From contig NC_057752.1 of the NCBI RefSeq assembly GCF_004010195.1, positions 7,466,014 through 7,517,664 on the forward strand: a stretch of DNA of 51,651 bases. Reading direction: 5' to 3'. Of the stretch, positions 11,656-23,235 are shown one piece after another. Within the stretch, counting starts at the first letter, position 1, and each line of letters begins with the position of its first letter. Both the position numbers and the translations under genes were made by a program. The stretch comes from Chiloscyllium plagiosum. Lineage: Eukaryota. Below the pieces are notes generated by a model. The model had not been told where the DNA came from. It did not search any database and saw only the letters and a list, made by a program, of their open reading frames with translations.

Positions 11656-12979
11656 TATCAACATCCTGGGCGAAACTCAACTGGACTTGAAACATAAACA
11701 CAGTGACTACAAGAGCAGATCAGAAGCTAGGAATACTGAGGCAAGTAACTCATCTTCGGATTCCCCAAAGCCAAGTTAGGAGTGGAATGGAATACTCCCC
11801 ACCTGCCTGGATGAGTGCAGCTCCAGAAACACTCAAGAAGCTTGATACTACCCAGGATAAAGCAGCCTGCACCATATCCACAAACATCCATTTCCTCCAC
11901 CACAAACACTCAGTAGCAGCGTATATACTATTTACAAGATGCACTGCAGAAATTCACTCAAGATCCTCAGACAGCACCTTCCAAACCCAGGACCACTTCC
12001 ATCTAGAAGGACGAGTGCAGCAGATACAAGGGAACACCATCACCTTCAATTCCCCTCCAAGCCACTCACCCTCCTGACTTGGAAATATATTGCGGTTCCT
12101 TCACAGTTGCTGGATTATAATCCTGGAATTCTCTCCCGAACGTCATTGTGGATCAACCAACAGCAGGCAGACTGCAACTGTTCAAGAAGACAGCTCAGCA
12201 CCACCCCCTCAAGGACAAATAGGGATGTGCAATAAATACTGGCGATGCCCACTTCCCTTGAATGAACTTATGTACTATACCATATGATTTTATGATTCTA
12301 TGATCCTTTTGAATTATGAATGTTATACAGCAGGGGCGAAGCCTTCGACAGATCATTGGAAGGCTGCATCTGGCAGTGGAGAGATGACTGTCAGATTTTG
12401 GGCCCAACAATCATGAGAGACAATACCATTCGCAAGAGGGCTAAAACTACATTTGCAAGAGGGCGCAGAAAAGAAGAACAAGAGGATTATGAGGTCTTAG
12501 TCTACAATTCACTGCAGCCATGAATGTCTTCACTTCTGGATCTCCAGGAATCTGCTGTGGATTTTATCTGTGTTTTCTAAGCTGCAGACTATTACACCAC
12601 ACAGGTTTCTGATACTTTCTTTACTGAACAGTAAATTAATTTCATAATCGACCAGACAAGGCAAAGACAAGAGGGCATTGGGTTTCATCAGCATTCCTGA
12701 GCTCTCCAAGCTGCAGAACATTATTTATTGCATCCATGTGGCTGCCAAGACACCCAATAACTGCCTATTCAGACTTATTAAGAGGAAGGGCTTCTACTCC
12801 CTCAATGTTCAACTAGCCTGCAACCATAACAAGAGCTTCCTCAAAGTGTGCAATTGCTTTTCTGGCAGCTGCCATGACTCTTTCATTCTTCAGCAATCCA
12901 GACTATCATAGATCTTCATTCCAACTCCCAAGGTGTGTAGATGGATATTAGTGAACAAGGGATATTTCTTGAAGAGGTG

Positions 12980-13182
12980 AAAGTGAGGTCTGCAGATGCT
13001 GGAGATCAGAGCTGGAAATGTGTTGCTGGAAAAGCGCAGCAGGTCAGGCAGCATCCAGGGAACAGGAGAATCGACGTTTCGGGCATAAGCCCTTCCTGAA
13101 GAAGGGCTTATGCCCGAAACGTCGATTCTCCTGTTCCCTGGATGCTGCCTGACCTGCTGCGCTTTTCCAGCAACACATTTCC
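12980..13182. mobile_element. 203-bp fold-back Penelope-like insertion (family A)
   Basis: Perfect 82-bp arms 13014-13095 and 13101-13182, 5-nt spacer; 16-bp TSD atttcttgaagaggtg at 12964-12979 and 13183-13198. Confidence 0.92.
13096..13123 (+). ncRNA. Minimal hammerhead ribozyme motif
   Basis: CTGAAGA-A-GGGC-TTAT-GCCC-GAAAC-GTC with a fully paired stem II; stem I is only about 2 bp. Confidence 0.7.
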
Positions 13183-15194
13183 ATTTCTTGAAGAGGTGCC
13201 TATTCAGCTACCTATAGGAGTCTTGGACAAAGGCACATGGGCAACACAGGAATGCCACCTGCTCAATAGGACTGCCATTGAACAAGCTTGTTAATATACA
13301 GTTCTAATGCCTGAATTAGTCAGGTGGTGTCCTCCAATATCTTCCTGCAAGGGCTTTGGTCATATCTGCCATGCTCTCCATAACATGGTTATCCGGAAAG
13401 CTGTGGATTTTTAAGACAAAGAGGCCCTGAAAGAATGCAGCTCTCTTGGGGAGGAGCAGAAGATGAGAGGAAGAGGAATTAAAGGTGGAGAGAGATGACA
13501 ATGAACCTGCTGCATCATGAGATGGTCACCTCCAACTACCCTTCAGGAAGCGGATGCAACTCTCCCCCTCACAGCCTCCAGCATGAGATTCATGTCAGCA
13601 TCAATGAAATGAAGGATAGCCCTGTCTCTGTGTCAAGCTTTTGCCTCCCATGACATTTCACTTCCTTCTACTGGGGAAGGATTTGGCATAAACTGCAGCT
13701 TTTTTTCTTTGGTCTACCAGCATCCTCAGTGATGGCTGCCATGGGATGTCTAAATGAGTTCAGTGTTTCAGCTGATCCACCTCTGTTCCCATTTCTAATA
13801 GCTCTAAGTGGCCAAGAAATTCCCCTCCACACCAATTAAGGACCTCCCCATGTGAAAACCTGAGCCTTATCAATTTCCTTACTACCACAACCAGGTGTAT
13901 GACCTGAAAATAAGCCTGGCTGCTGTTTCTTTTCTCCAAGTTAAAAATTCACCCCTTCAATTTTCCATTTGTTTATCAAATATCTGCACCTGCCAAGACT
14001 TTTATGGATGCGGGTTAGGGTTGCTTATGAGCTTTGCAGAAGATCGAATCTGTGTTTAAAGGATTGTACTTATTTTATGTTGTAATTGTGATGGTATGAC
14101 ATCTTAAACTGTTAACATAGACATTGTTCTGATTTAAGCTTTATCTAGATGTCTGAGAAAAGCAAGCCTTTACATATTCAAAAATTTCAGCTCTCTCAAA
14201 TACCCTTGGCCCCGAGGGTTTTGGATAATTGAAGGTCCACTGTACTGCAGAGCCAGTTTAATTGTAAGACACATTGTAATCACAGTTCTGACACTATTGG
14301 GAAACAAACCCATGTCTCAGTGAGTTTGACAGCCTGTAGGCTGATCAGCTGACTGCCTGTCAAGCACCTGTCTAAGCCCTTTAGATAAATCACAGATGGA
14401 AATGCCACACGTCGACTCTGCACACTCGGATTGCTGAATATTCAGCTGCATATCATCTGAGATTTAACCCTCCAAGGACCCACAATAACATTTCTCAACC
14501 CATCACAGGGTGTAGTTAGATGAGCAATTTTCAGCTCATCAGAGAATATTGATGAATGTCCAATATCTTCTATTGCACACATTGCTTTGCAAAATGAATG
14601 AAAATCAATTCTGTATAAGAACCTTTCTAGAAGCCTCTTGCATTCTTAACATTTAAACTGACTCCACTTACCTTCTGAGTGCATTAACTGTTTAATCCAT
14701 AAGGACATTTAAAAATATGAAACTCTTAGTCACTTGCAATACATCCCAACAACCAAGTCAATTTTCAATCACTCCCAGCGTATCAATGATTCAATGAACT
14801 AAGTCCATCCCCATTCCCTCACAATCCAGTAGACCAAATCTATACCTATTCTGTCAAATTGTAGAATTTTCCACTGGACCAAATCCATCTTCATTACCTC
14901 AATTCATTGATTATTCTAATGCATCATATTCATCTTCATTCAATCTCAATTCAAGAATTTAAGTGGTTTTTGGATTTTGCTATTGGAGCCTGAAATGATG
15001 CGATAAAACTCTTCTTTTTCTGTTGGCTGTAATGATTCTGGTTGAAATTGTTTTTGGTAGATCTGAACACATTTCTGAACAGCAATGAGCCCAATCCATA
15101 AGACTACTCTTATTTTCTGGTGTAAATTGTAACAAAATTGACCATTTTATCTTGAGACCCACTGGGCTGCAAGGGTGGGGATAGATGTGGGTTA

Positions 15195-17190
15195 TAGAAT
15201 GGTTACAGCATAGACGCCATTCAGCCCACTGTTTCATTGACAGCTCTCTTTAAGAAGTAACTCAGCTAGGCTCACTCCCCCGTCCTTTTCCTGTTGCCAT
15301 GTAGGTATTTTCTCGTGAGATAATTATCCAAATATCCAATTCAAAGCAGATCATCACCATTATCTCAAGGGCAATTGGCAATGGGCCTGGCTAGTGATAC
15401 CCACATCCCATGACTGAATTTAAAAAAAAATCCCTTTTAAAAGCCAGGATTGGATCTGCCACCACCACACTGTCAGGTAGTGTATTCCAGATCCTAACCA
15501 ATTAAACCTCCTCTCCACCTTCTCTAATGTGGACAGTCCAACGTCACCAAAAATCTACATAACTGAATGTTCTCATTTCCAAAACTCTTCCTGAAATGTA
15601 GTGTTCAGAATTAGACACAGTGCTCCAGGTGAGGCTGAACCAGTGTTTTATGAAAGTTCACCGTAACGTCCTTCATTTTGTACTCTATATCTCTGTGTAT
15701 AAAATTCAAGATCCCAAATGCCTTACTCATGCTTTTTTTCAAACCTGCCCTGTTTTCAGTGATTTATTTGCATATACCCAAGTCCCTCTGCTTCTGCACC
15801 TCCTTGAGAATTGTATTCTTTATTTGGTAATGCCTTTCCTCATTCTTCCTGCCAAAATGTATCACTTCACACTTCTTTGCATTAAATTTAATTTGCTCAT
15901 ACCATCAGGTTGTCGTAGTCCTCTTGAAATTTATCACCTTCCTCCTCACAGTTCACACTATACTTTCAGGTTTTGTGTCATCTGCATGTTTTTAACTCTG
16001 TGCACCAAATCTTGTTCATTAACACAGCCCAAGAAAGGCAGTAGTCCTAATACCCTGGGGAATCCATTATATATCCTCCTCCTGTGCAAAAAACAACTGC
16101 TTATTACTCTGTATTGTCTGTTGCTGAGCCAAATTCATATCTAAGCTGCCACAATCAATTTTATCATAGGGGCTTCAGCTCCTTGCTGACAGACAAGTTA
16201 TGTGGCACTTTATCAAATGCTTTTGGGAGTCCATGTCCAAGTCCATCAACACTCTGTGTCATTTAATCAAAAGAAAATTCAATAAAATTAATTCAAAATG
16301 ATTGGCCCTTACAAATCCCTTAATTAATCTACATTTATCCAAATGACTGTTAGTTTTGTCCTGGATTGTTGTTTCTAACAGCTTTCCCATGCTGAGGTTA
16401 AACTGGTTGTAATTTCTCAGTTTATATTTTCACCTTTATTGAACAAGGGTGTAACATTTACAATGCTTCCAAAGTCCTTCACCAAACCTGTATTTAAGGA
16501 GGATTGGAAGATGATGGCCAACACCTCTGCAATTTCCATTCTCATTTCCTTCAGTATCATTGGATACAAATGATTTGATTCTAGTGACTTATCAACTTCA
16601 AGTACAGTTAACCTTTCTAAAGCCTCCTGTTTATCAATTTTTCATCATCCAGTCTCAACTACTTCCACTTTTATTTAAACGTTGGCAGTATCTTCTTCCT
16701 TGGTAAAAACAGATGTAAAATTACTTATTTAGTACATCAGTCATCCTATCTACCACCATGCATAAATCCCCTTTTCAGCCTTTAATCAGTCCTACTTCTC
16801 ATTTTGAGGAGAGACTTTTTTTAGTTGCTCACAGGATGAGGTCATCGGTGACTAGGCCAGCAATTATTGCTGTCCTTTTGCATTGCTTTTTATGTTGTCT
16901 ACCAGTCTCCTCTCATATTCCCTGTTGGTTGCTCTTATTTCCATTATCAATTCTCTTCTGAACTTTCTATATTCAGCCTTTTTCTCACTTGTATTAAGAA
17001 CCTAACATCTGTCATATACACCCATTGCTGCCTCATCTTACTCTCTACCTCTTATTATTCAGGGAGGTCTGGATTTGTTACGTTTGTCCTTGTGGAAATG
17101 CACCTTGACTGTCCCCAGATTACAGTATATCTTCTTTAAAGGCAGCCCATTATACAATTACAGCTTTGCATGTTGTCACTATTATCCACT
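15195..17190 (-). mobile_element. Old degenerate CR1 LINE
   Basis: 3' end at left (atagaatggttacagc); ORF2 remnants such as ggcactttatcaaatgctttt (KAFDKVP on the minus strand). Confidence 0.7.
15353..15430 (+). mobile_element. Short 3' tail of the tRNA-headed LINE/SINE family
   Basis: caccattatctcaagggcaatt...cccacatcccatgactgaatttaaaaaaaa resembles 12200-12268. Confidence 0.6.
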
Positions 17191-17371
17191 TGCTGAATTT
17201 GGATTATGGTGTGCTATCTGAGCAGGGTACACTTGCCTTTGCTCCACCTCACTTGGCATTGATTCATATTTAAAATAGAAAACATGTTTCAATTTGAGCA
17301 CTGACATCACTTATTTTGATAGAAGTATAAAAATTGATTATCATGTTGTTTGTTCCTTTCACGCATTCTGT

Positions 17372-17658
17372 TTAGATTAAATTCCCTACAGTGTGGAAAC
17401 AGGCCCTTCGGCCCAACAAGTCCACACCAACCATCCGAAGAGTAACCCACCCAGACCCATTTCCCTCTGACGAATGCACCTAACACTATGGGCAATTTAG
17501 CATCCCACAGTCCTGCACATCTTTGGACTGTGGGAGGAAACCCACACAGATATGGGGAGAATGTGCAAACTCCACACAGACAGTCGCCAAAGGCTGGAAT
17601 TGAACCTGGGTCCTTGGCACTGTAAGGCAGCAGTGCTAACCACTGAGCCACTGTGCCA
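17372..17658 (-). mobile_element. HE1-like V-SINE
   Basis: Reverse-complement homologue of 7660-7975. Confidence 0.92.
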
Positions 17659-17899
17659 TGGACAGTCTTTTGCTAAAACTAGTATAAAACATGTTTCATT
17701 TACACGGATCTCTCTATGATTGGAGCATCAATCAAAAATACTTACGCTGCTTCTTTGGGGTCCAAACTCCCACAATGGAAACATATATAACATCAGCTGC
17801 CTTGAAGAGCCATCTTAAAGGGATTCCAAAATCATTGGGTGACCATTATTATCTGATGATACGGATCATTAGGCATTGTGAGGTAATATGGTAGACATT

Positions 17900-18344
17900 G
17901 AATAGAATTGAGTCATTTATTGTCACATGTATTCAATATAAAATACAGTGAAAAGTTTAGACTGTCACCAGCCATTACTGCTGTTCTCATTGTCTGAAAA
18001 TAAAATAAAAAATTAAGAAAGATAATTTAAAGAGAGTCCAATCTTTCCTTCTCTGCTGCCAGAGTCCTATTCTGGGCTTCACCAGGCCATGCTATGCCGC
18101 CACCGGTCCTGCTCTGGGCTTCATAGGCTGATCGACTCTGTAATCACGCTACCTCTGACAACACCGTTGCTCCAGACCCCATCAAAGCCACCTTCCAGCT
18201 GAAAAAGCTCTCTTCATAAGTTAAGTATAAGCAAAAGCTAAAATAAAAATTGACAAAAGAGAAAGGGGACAAGAAAAAACAGCTGAAGAGGACAAGCCCA
18301 GGCACAGGAGCCTGGATGCTGCCTACTCTGCTGCCGCCATCTTG
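17900..18344 (-). mobile_element. Short non-autonomous Rex1-like derivative (5' end plus 3' tail)
   Basis: Left end tttattgtcacatgt...tacagtgaaaagt matches the Rex1 tail at 9850-9888; minus strand starts CAAGATGGCGGC; no coding remnant in between. Confidence 0.5.
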
Positions 18345-18402
18345 TATAGGAGCAATCAAATGCAGATTCATTAAGATTAGTTATAGACATAGGCAAAGGA
18401 CA

Positions 18403-18745
18403 GAAGAACATAAGATTTAGGCGCAGGAGTAGACAATTCGGTCTTTCGGAGCCTGCCATTCAATACGATCATGGCTGATCTCATCTTGGCCTCAACTCCA
18501 CTTTCCTGCCCACTCTCCATATCCTTTCAACACATTGTTAATTAAAATCTGTCTATCTCATGCTGAAATTTACTCAGTGTCCTGGTGTCCACTACAATCT
18601 GAGGTGGTGCATTCCATCGATTCATGATTCCTTGAGAGAAGTCATTTCTTCTCATCTTTTTTTTAAATCTGCCACCCCTTATCCTAAAACTATGACCTCT
18701 CATTCTGGATTGCCTCACATAAGGAAATGTCCGCTCTTTGTCTAC
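18403..18745 (-). mobile_element. CR1 LINE 3' end
   Basis: RMRGHSFRIRGGRFKKKMRRNDFSQGIMNRWNAPP, followed by a CR1 3' UTR. Confidence 0.85.
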
Positions 18746-18855
18746 TCTTTTATCTTCTGTATTATCTGCAGCTCTCAAGTTAGCTATGCAGTCATTAATC
18801 CCTTCGTTTGAGAGAGCATTTAATCATAGGATGCATCCACAACAAACTTAGAAAT

Positions 18856-19865
18856 TGTGGGGTTAACTGTATATATATTAAAAATTATTTCTTATTCATT
18901 TTAATTTCTGGTTTTTGAGTTAGTAACAGCAGGGTTTTCTGTGTGTCTGAGGTTAATAATTAACTTTTAAGTATGTCTATGGCCATGGTAATTTCATTTA
19001 AAACAGTTTTTGAAGCCTGGCTTGAAAGTGAATGCGTTTTGTGGACTGCTAATGGACTTTTGTTTATTTTAGATTGTTTTGTGATGTAGCGAGGTAAATA
19101 ATGAGGCCCTTAAGGTTTGTTAGATGTTTCTGGAGCTTAGTTTTATTTAATCTTGGGGAAACAGTGAAGAGAGAAAGACTTTTGAGTTTTACTTTTCCAT
19201 TTTGGGCGAGGCAGCCCTTTGAGGTCCTTGGAATAGAATGGCTGTATATACCTGTGCTGCTGGGAAGAGAAAGCTATTTAGTGAACTATATTCACTTAGA
19301 GTGACACGTTAATGTTCATCCCAGACCAGAAGTGTTGGGATAAAACCCCAAAGAGATTACTTAAAACTGAGTACATTAACACTCAGGTATATGATAGCTT
19401 CAGGAAGAAGCTATCTGCAGTTCCAGTCTAACAGTTGAAAAGTCACAAGTGACTTAAACCAACTAAAGTGTTGGATGCAGGGATGCTGATGTGAGTATTT
19501 TACAAATGGTGTTTTGGGTATTGTAACAGAGGTGTGTTTGGGTATTATACAAAAACTGTTTTATTTCTTTTCAATTTATAATGGAATGTTTTGGGATTAA
19601 TGGGATTATACTTTCACTGTGTGTTTAAAAATCTTTGAATTTGTATTATATGTAGATGGATTGCCTGACTCTATTTCATCTATTTCTCTTTTGTTAATAA
19701 ACTTCTGTTTTATTATTAAAGCAAAATCTGCAGCATGACATGCTTTTGTTTCAGTGAAAGACCACTACATTAAAAAATCAAAACAAATCAAAATATGATT
19801 TATCAAGCCAGGTTCCTGTCTGGGATCTGACTTGTTTAGTAATAACATCAGATGGAATCATAACA
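18856..19865 (+). mobile_element. Probable solo LTR
   Basis: TG...TAACA ends, near-TSD aaat/aagt, AATAAA near 19697; left boundary uncertain. Confidence 0.45.
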
Positions 19866-20205
19866 AAGTGTTACACAGCACATTGAGGGAAAGCATGACA
19901 GCAAACAGATTAAACACGTTCACCACTAAGCACTGTCATTTCTTCACAATTCTTTCAAAAATCTGTTCATCGCTCTGTCTTAATTCCTATTTCCAATTGA
20001 TACAAACTTTGGAAGCACATCTGCTTTGAATTTTCAAAACACGAAAATAGGTTGTTCTTCGAACTGCATAAGCTGGAATTCAGATCTGTTGGCTGCAGAC
20101 AACGGCTGTATTATACATTTTGAGGAAAGCATCACAATGGAAGTGAATATAAATCCATGGAAAAACGTGTTAAACTCCCAACAGGAAACTTAATTCATTT
20201 CACTA

Positions 20206-20440
20206 TGTAGTGATTGTAACAATGTTAGCAGATGGACCTCATAGAATATGCCCTCCCTGAATGTGGCTGTTAACCTGGTCCAATCAGGGAGCCCTGGCTT
20301 GCAGTTATAAACAGGAGTATCAGGGGTTCTGTTCACTCTGAGAGCTGGTTCTGAGGGAGCTGGGCCATTGTCGAGTACTTTGTCAGTGTAAATAAAGTGT
20401 GAGTTGGTGATGGGATTTCGACCTCTGTGGAGTTATTTCT
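20206..20440 (+). mobile_element. Short Gypsy-type solo LTR
   Basis: Starts TGTAG; CCAAT (20280), TATAAA (20305) and AATAAA (20391) in LTR order. Confidence 0.55.
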
Positions 20441-20540
20441 AAAACAAAACAGAAACTGCTGGTGAAGCTCAGTAGGTCTGGCAGCATCTGTGGGAAGAGT
20501 GCAGAATTAATGTTTTGAGTCCAGTTTTGACTTTATCTGA
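20441..20540 (-). mobile_element. Penelope-like pLTR fragment (family D)
   Basis: aacagaaactgctgg...ggtctggcagcatctgtgg matches 44230-44330. Confidence 0.65.
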
Positions 20541-20699
20541 TCTACCATTCAACTTTGCACAATCATATGCCTTTGCCTTATGTTTATTTTTCTCCCTAAC
20601 TTATTTAGTCAACTATCGATGGTGGGTCCCCTTGGATTTTTTCTTTATAGTTGAAATTAATTACTCTAGGTATCCTGGGATATTTCTTTAAATATTTGC

Positions 20700-22645
20700 C
20701 ACTGCTTCTAATCTTATTTAAGGTGGTTTCTGTTCCCTCATTACCATATTGTCTTTTAAATAATAGCACTCAGGTATTAGTTCTGACTAAGTTTCTCAGT
20801 AGGTGGTTTGGTATCCCTCTCTCAATTCAGAATCCATTTGTTGCATATCTATGAAAGAAAATGGGCCAAATATGACAGGCTCATTCACTTTTTACTTAAA
20901 GTTTTGACAGTTGTGCCTGAATTTTCAAATCATCCCCCTTTTTCCACAACTCTTCCTCTTTCTGACTAATTCTATAAGCCTGAGATCTCGTCGCAACAGA
21001 GTCAGGAAATGATCCGGTGTTGTTTTACTTCTACTGCTTGTTTCACACCAAGGCTGGTGAAAATACTTTTGGCAAAGGTAAATCAATTCCTTCTATAGGA
21101 ATTTGTTACATGACACCAACTCCAAATACCTGAGTGCTATTAGGGCACTCTAATTCAACTTACATAATCAGAACCTATTTACAACCTTCATATCTACCTT
21201 CAATTAATATATTTTCTCCTTTGTTCATTCCCCTCAAGGACAAATTGTATCATGAGCCAGCATCAGCAACTGACTTGCTCTAGTGTTACTCCAGTAACCA
21301 GTTGTCTTTATTTATCTTTATTGGTTGTCTCCTTGATTAAACAAGAACATAAGGCAATACTTCTCCCTTTGAAATAAAATGTTTAAAACCTCTGTTGACC
21401 TGATTTTCTTTATCAATAATCAAAGAAGAGTTTTTCTGACTGATGCCTCTCCCTCCCTGGTGCGTTCTGAGGGAATCTCATTCCACCTGTACCACGACTA
21501 CAGTTTTAATACCAATTTCCTTTCGAGATGCACTCTTTTCTGAGTTTGGAGATGCCAGTGTTGGACTGGGGTGTACAAAGTTAAAAATCACACAACACCA
21601 GGTTATAGTCCAACGTTTTATTTAAAGTTTTGTCAGTTGTGCCTGGTAACTGAAGTTTCAAATCATCCCCCTTTTTTCTCTAAATTTTTCTCCAACTTCA
21701 TTAAGCGAAAACACTGATCCCTCAGCATCACTTATTCTCTTGCAAATTCTGCAAATATTTCTTTCTTAACATCCTAAACTGTAATTGATAACCTTCAGAA
21801 ACAAGCCGATAAGCATTGAGTACTGTACTTTTAACAACTTCATAGACTGCAGATTCTTCTTCTAACAAACTAGTGTTCACATTCAAAGCTGTATTTAGCA
21901 AGACATTCTGTAGTTTTAACACATCTTTTGGCCTTTTCATCTTTACAGCAATCTTTCCAACTGAGGTTAAAAGTTCTTCAGCTCAATCTGTGTAAATTGA
22001 GGCACTAAATGGAGATCTTTGGGCCAATCAAATTCTTCACTGGAATCAGAATCATCCTCTGAGCTATTACCTCTTCATTCTTCTTTTACTCCTTTCTCTA
22101 GTAAAGTTTTATTGTCTCTGAGTTAGCTCTGTTTTTGGAATTCACTCTTTGATAATTCCATATCCCTTTCTTTTTCATCGTCCTCACTTTCCAATTCATG
22201 CTTTCTTATTTCCAGTTCCAATTTGTTTTCTTTTTTCCTTCCTTTCACTGGTTTTCATCCCTACTGTCTCCATTTCTATTCTTTTCTTCTTCTAATCCAA
22301 GTTTTCTTTTCATTTCTAACCAAATCTTAGTTAATTCTGATGGTGACATATATCAATTTCAGGTTTTCCTTCTTTAACCTCACTTTAAGCATCCCACCCT
22401 TTCTAGATCCTGCTTTTATTTCTTCCCTCAATTTATTTGTGAACACTCTCAGTGTAGCCCTCGGCAATAATTTCAAAATATTTTGTACTCCCAGAAAAGT
22501 CTTAGCAGCAGTCAAAGCCACTTTGAGATTCCAACCCATGTCGTATACTTCTCAGCAACTCCTTTCTCACTGCCCAGGATGTCCACGTACACGTTTTAAA
22601 AAATTTGATCCCTCTTAAATTCAATAAATTTCTATCCTGGGTGAG
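20700..22645 (-). mobile_element. Gypsy (Gmr1-like) gag relic
   Basis: YEVVKSTVLNAYRLVSEGYQLQFRMLRK resembles the Gmr1/SCAN-associated gag motif Y..VK.AIL.AYELVPEAYRQ.FR; N-terminus ALTAAKTFLGV and an E/K-rich coil. Confidence 0.7.
21543..21622. mobile_element. Penelope-like family B terminal fragment inside the gag relic
   Basis: Near-identical to 2197-2278. Confidence 0.8.
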
Positions 22646-22661
22646 GGTAACTGAGAAATTT

Positions 22662-22800
22662 TGTTCTGAAGAAGGGTCACTGGACCTAAAATGTTAATTC
22701 TGTTTTCTCTCCATAGATGCTGCCAGACCTGCTGAGGTTTTCCAGAACCTTCTGGATTTATTTCTGATATCGAACATCCAGAGTTCTTTGGTTTTTTTTA
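22662..22800 (+). mobile_element. Penelope-like pLTR fragment (family D) with decayed hammerhead
   Basis: ctgaagaagggtcactggacctaaaatgtta followed by agatgctgccagacctgctgag. Confidence 0.7.
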
Positions 22801-23007
22801 GTGAATGAGCAGAAAATGTACTTTAAACAGGTATTAGTGTTTTGATTGTGTGAGAGTAAGCTTTTCAAAATAAATGGGAACATGCCAGTCTTGAAACAGT
22901 GCCAATTAGAAATAGAAGTGAGATTCGAGTTTTTGAAGATTTGTAGCTCGGGTAGTGGATGAGGTCATTGATTCATTCACCAAGCTGGTATGTTTTTCTG
23001 CAGATGT

Positions 23008-23040
23008 TTCATCGCCTCGCTAGGTGACATCATCAGTGCA
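23008..23040 (-). ncRNA. Hammerhead motif in the left pLTR
   Basis: Minus strand reads tgca-CTGATGA-T-GTCACCT-AGCG-AGGCGAT-GAAAC-ATC-tgca, giving a 4-bp stem I. Confidence 0.55.
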
Positions 23041-23235
23041 TCTTCGATTAAGTATTGGTGTTCTGTCCTACCTGGTATTTATGTGTCCCTGTTTTTAGTA
23101 TTTCTGGTCCTGAGTAATTTGAATATGGACATATCTGAAATGATTACTCGACTACTCAGACCCCGAGGAATCTTGGCCCACAGACCAGTGAACACGTTTC
23201 ACCAGCTCCCCACAAAGGTTAAAGACCTGACACCT

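Larger units (their letters stand above)
6351..12268 (+). mobile_element. Near full-length CR1/L2-group LINE with tRNA-like 5' head and a single APE-RT ORF, interrupted by three nested insertions
   Basis: Head 6351-7260 has A-box-like CGACCTAGTGT (6361) and B-box-like GATTCAAATCC (7068). APE starts ~7370 (VPKLGKLSHRLVKQ) with WVGDLNV and LDLIL..SDH. RT at 8336-9838; C-terminus resumes at 11656 (QKLGILR, MEYSPPAW); 3' tail ggatgtgcaataaatactggc...gaatgaa. Confidence 0.85.
12450..13955 (+). mobile_element. Degenerate PIF/Harbinger transposase (HARBI1-like) relic
   Basis: IYCIHVA, RKGFYSLNVQLAC and GSCHDSFIL, then WILVNKGYFLKRCL across the PLE insert, matching IDCTH, NRKGFHS, PGSxHD and LLGDKGY. 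Possible right TIR aaaattcacccc at 13944-13955. Boundaries approximate. Confidence 0.75.
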
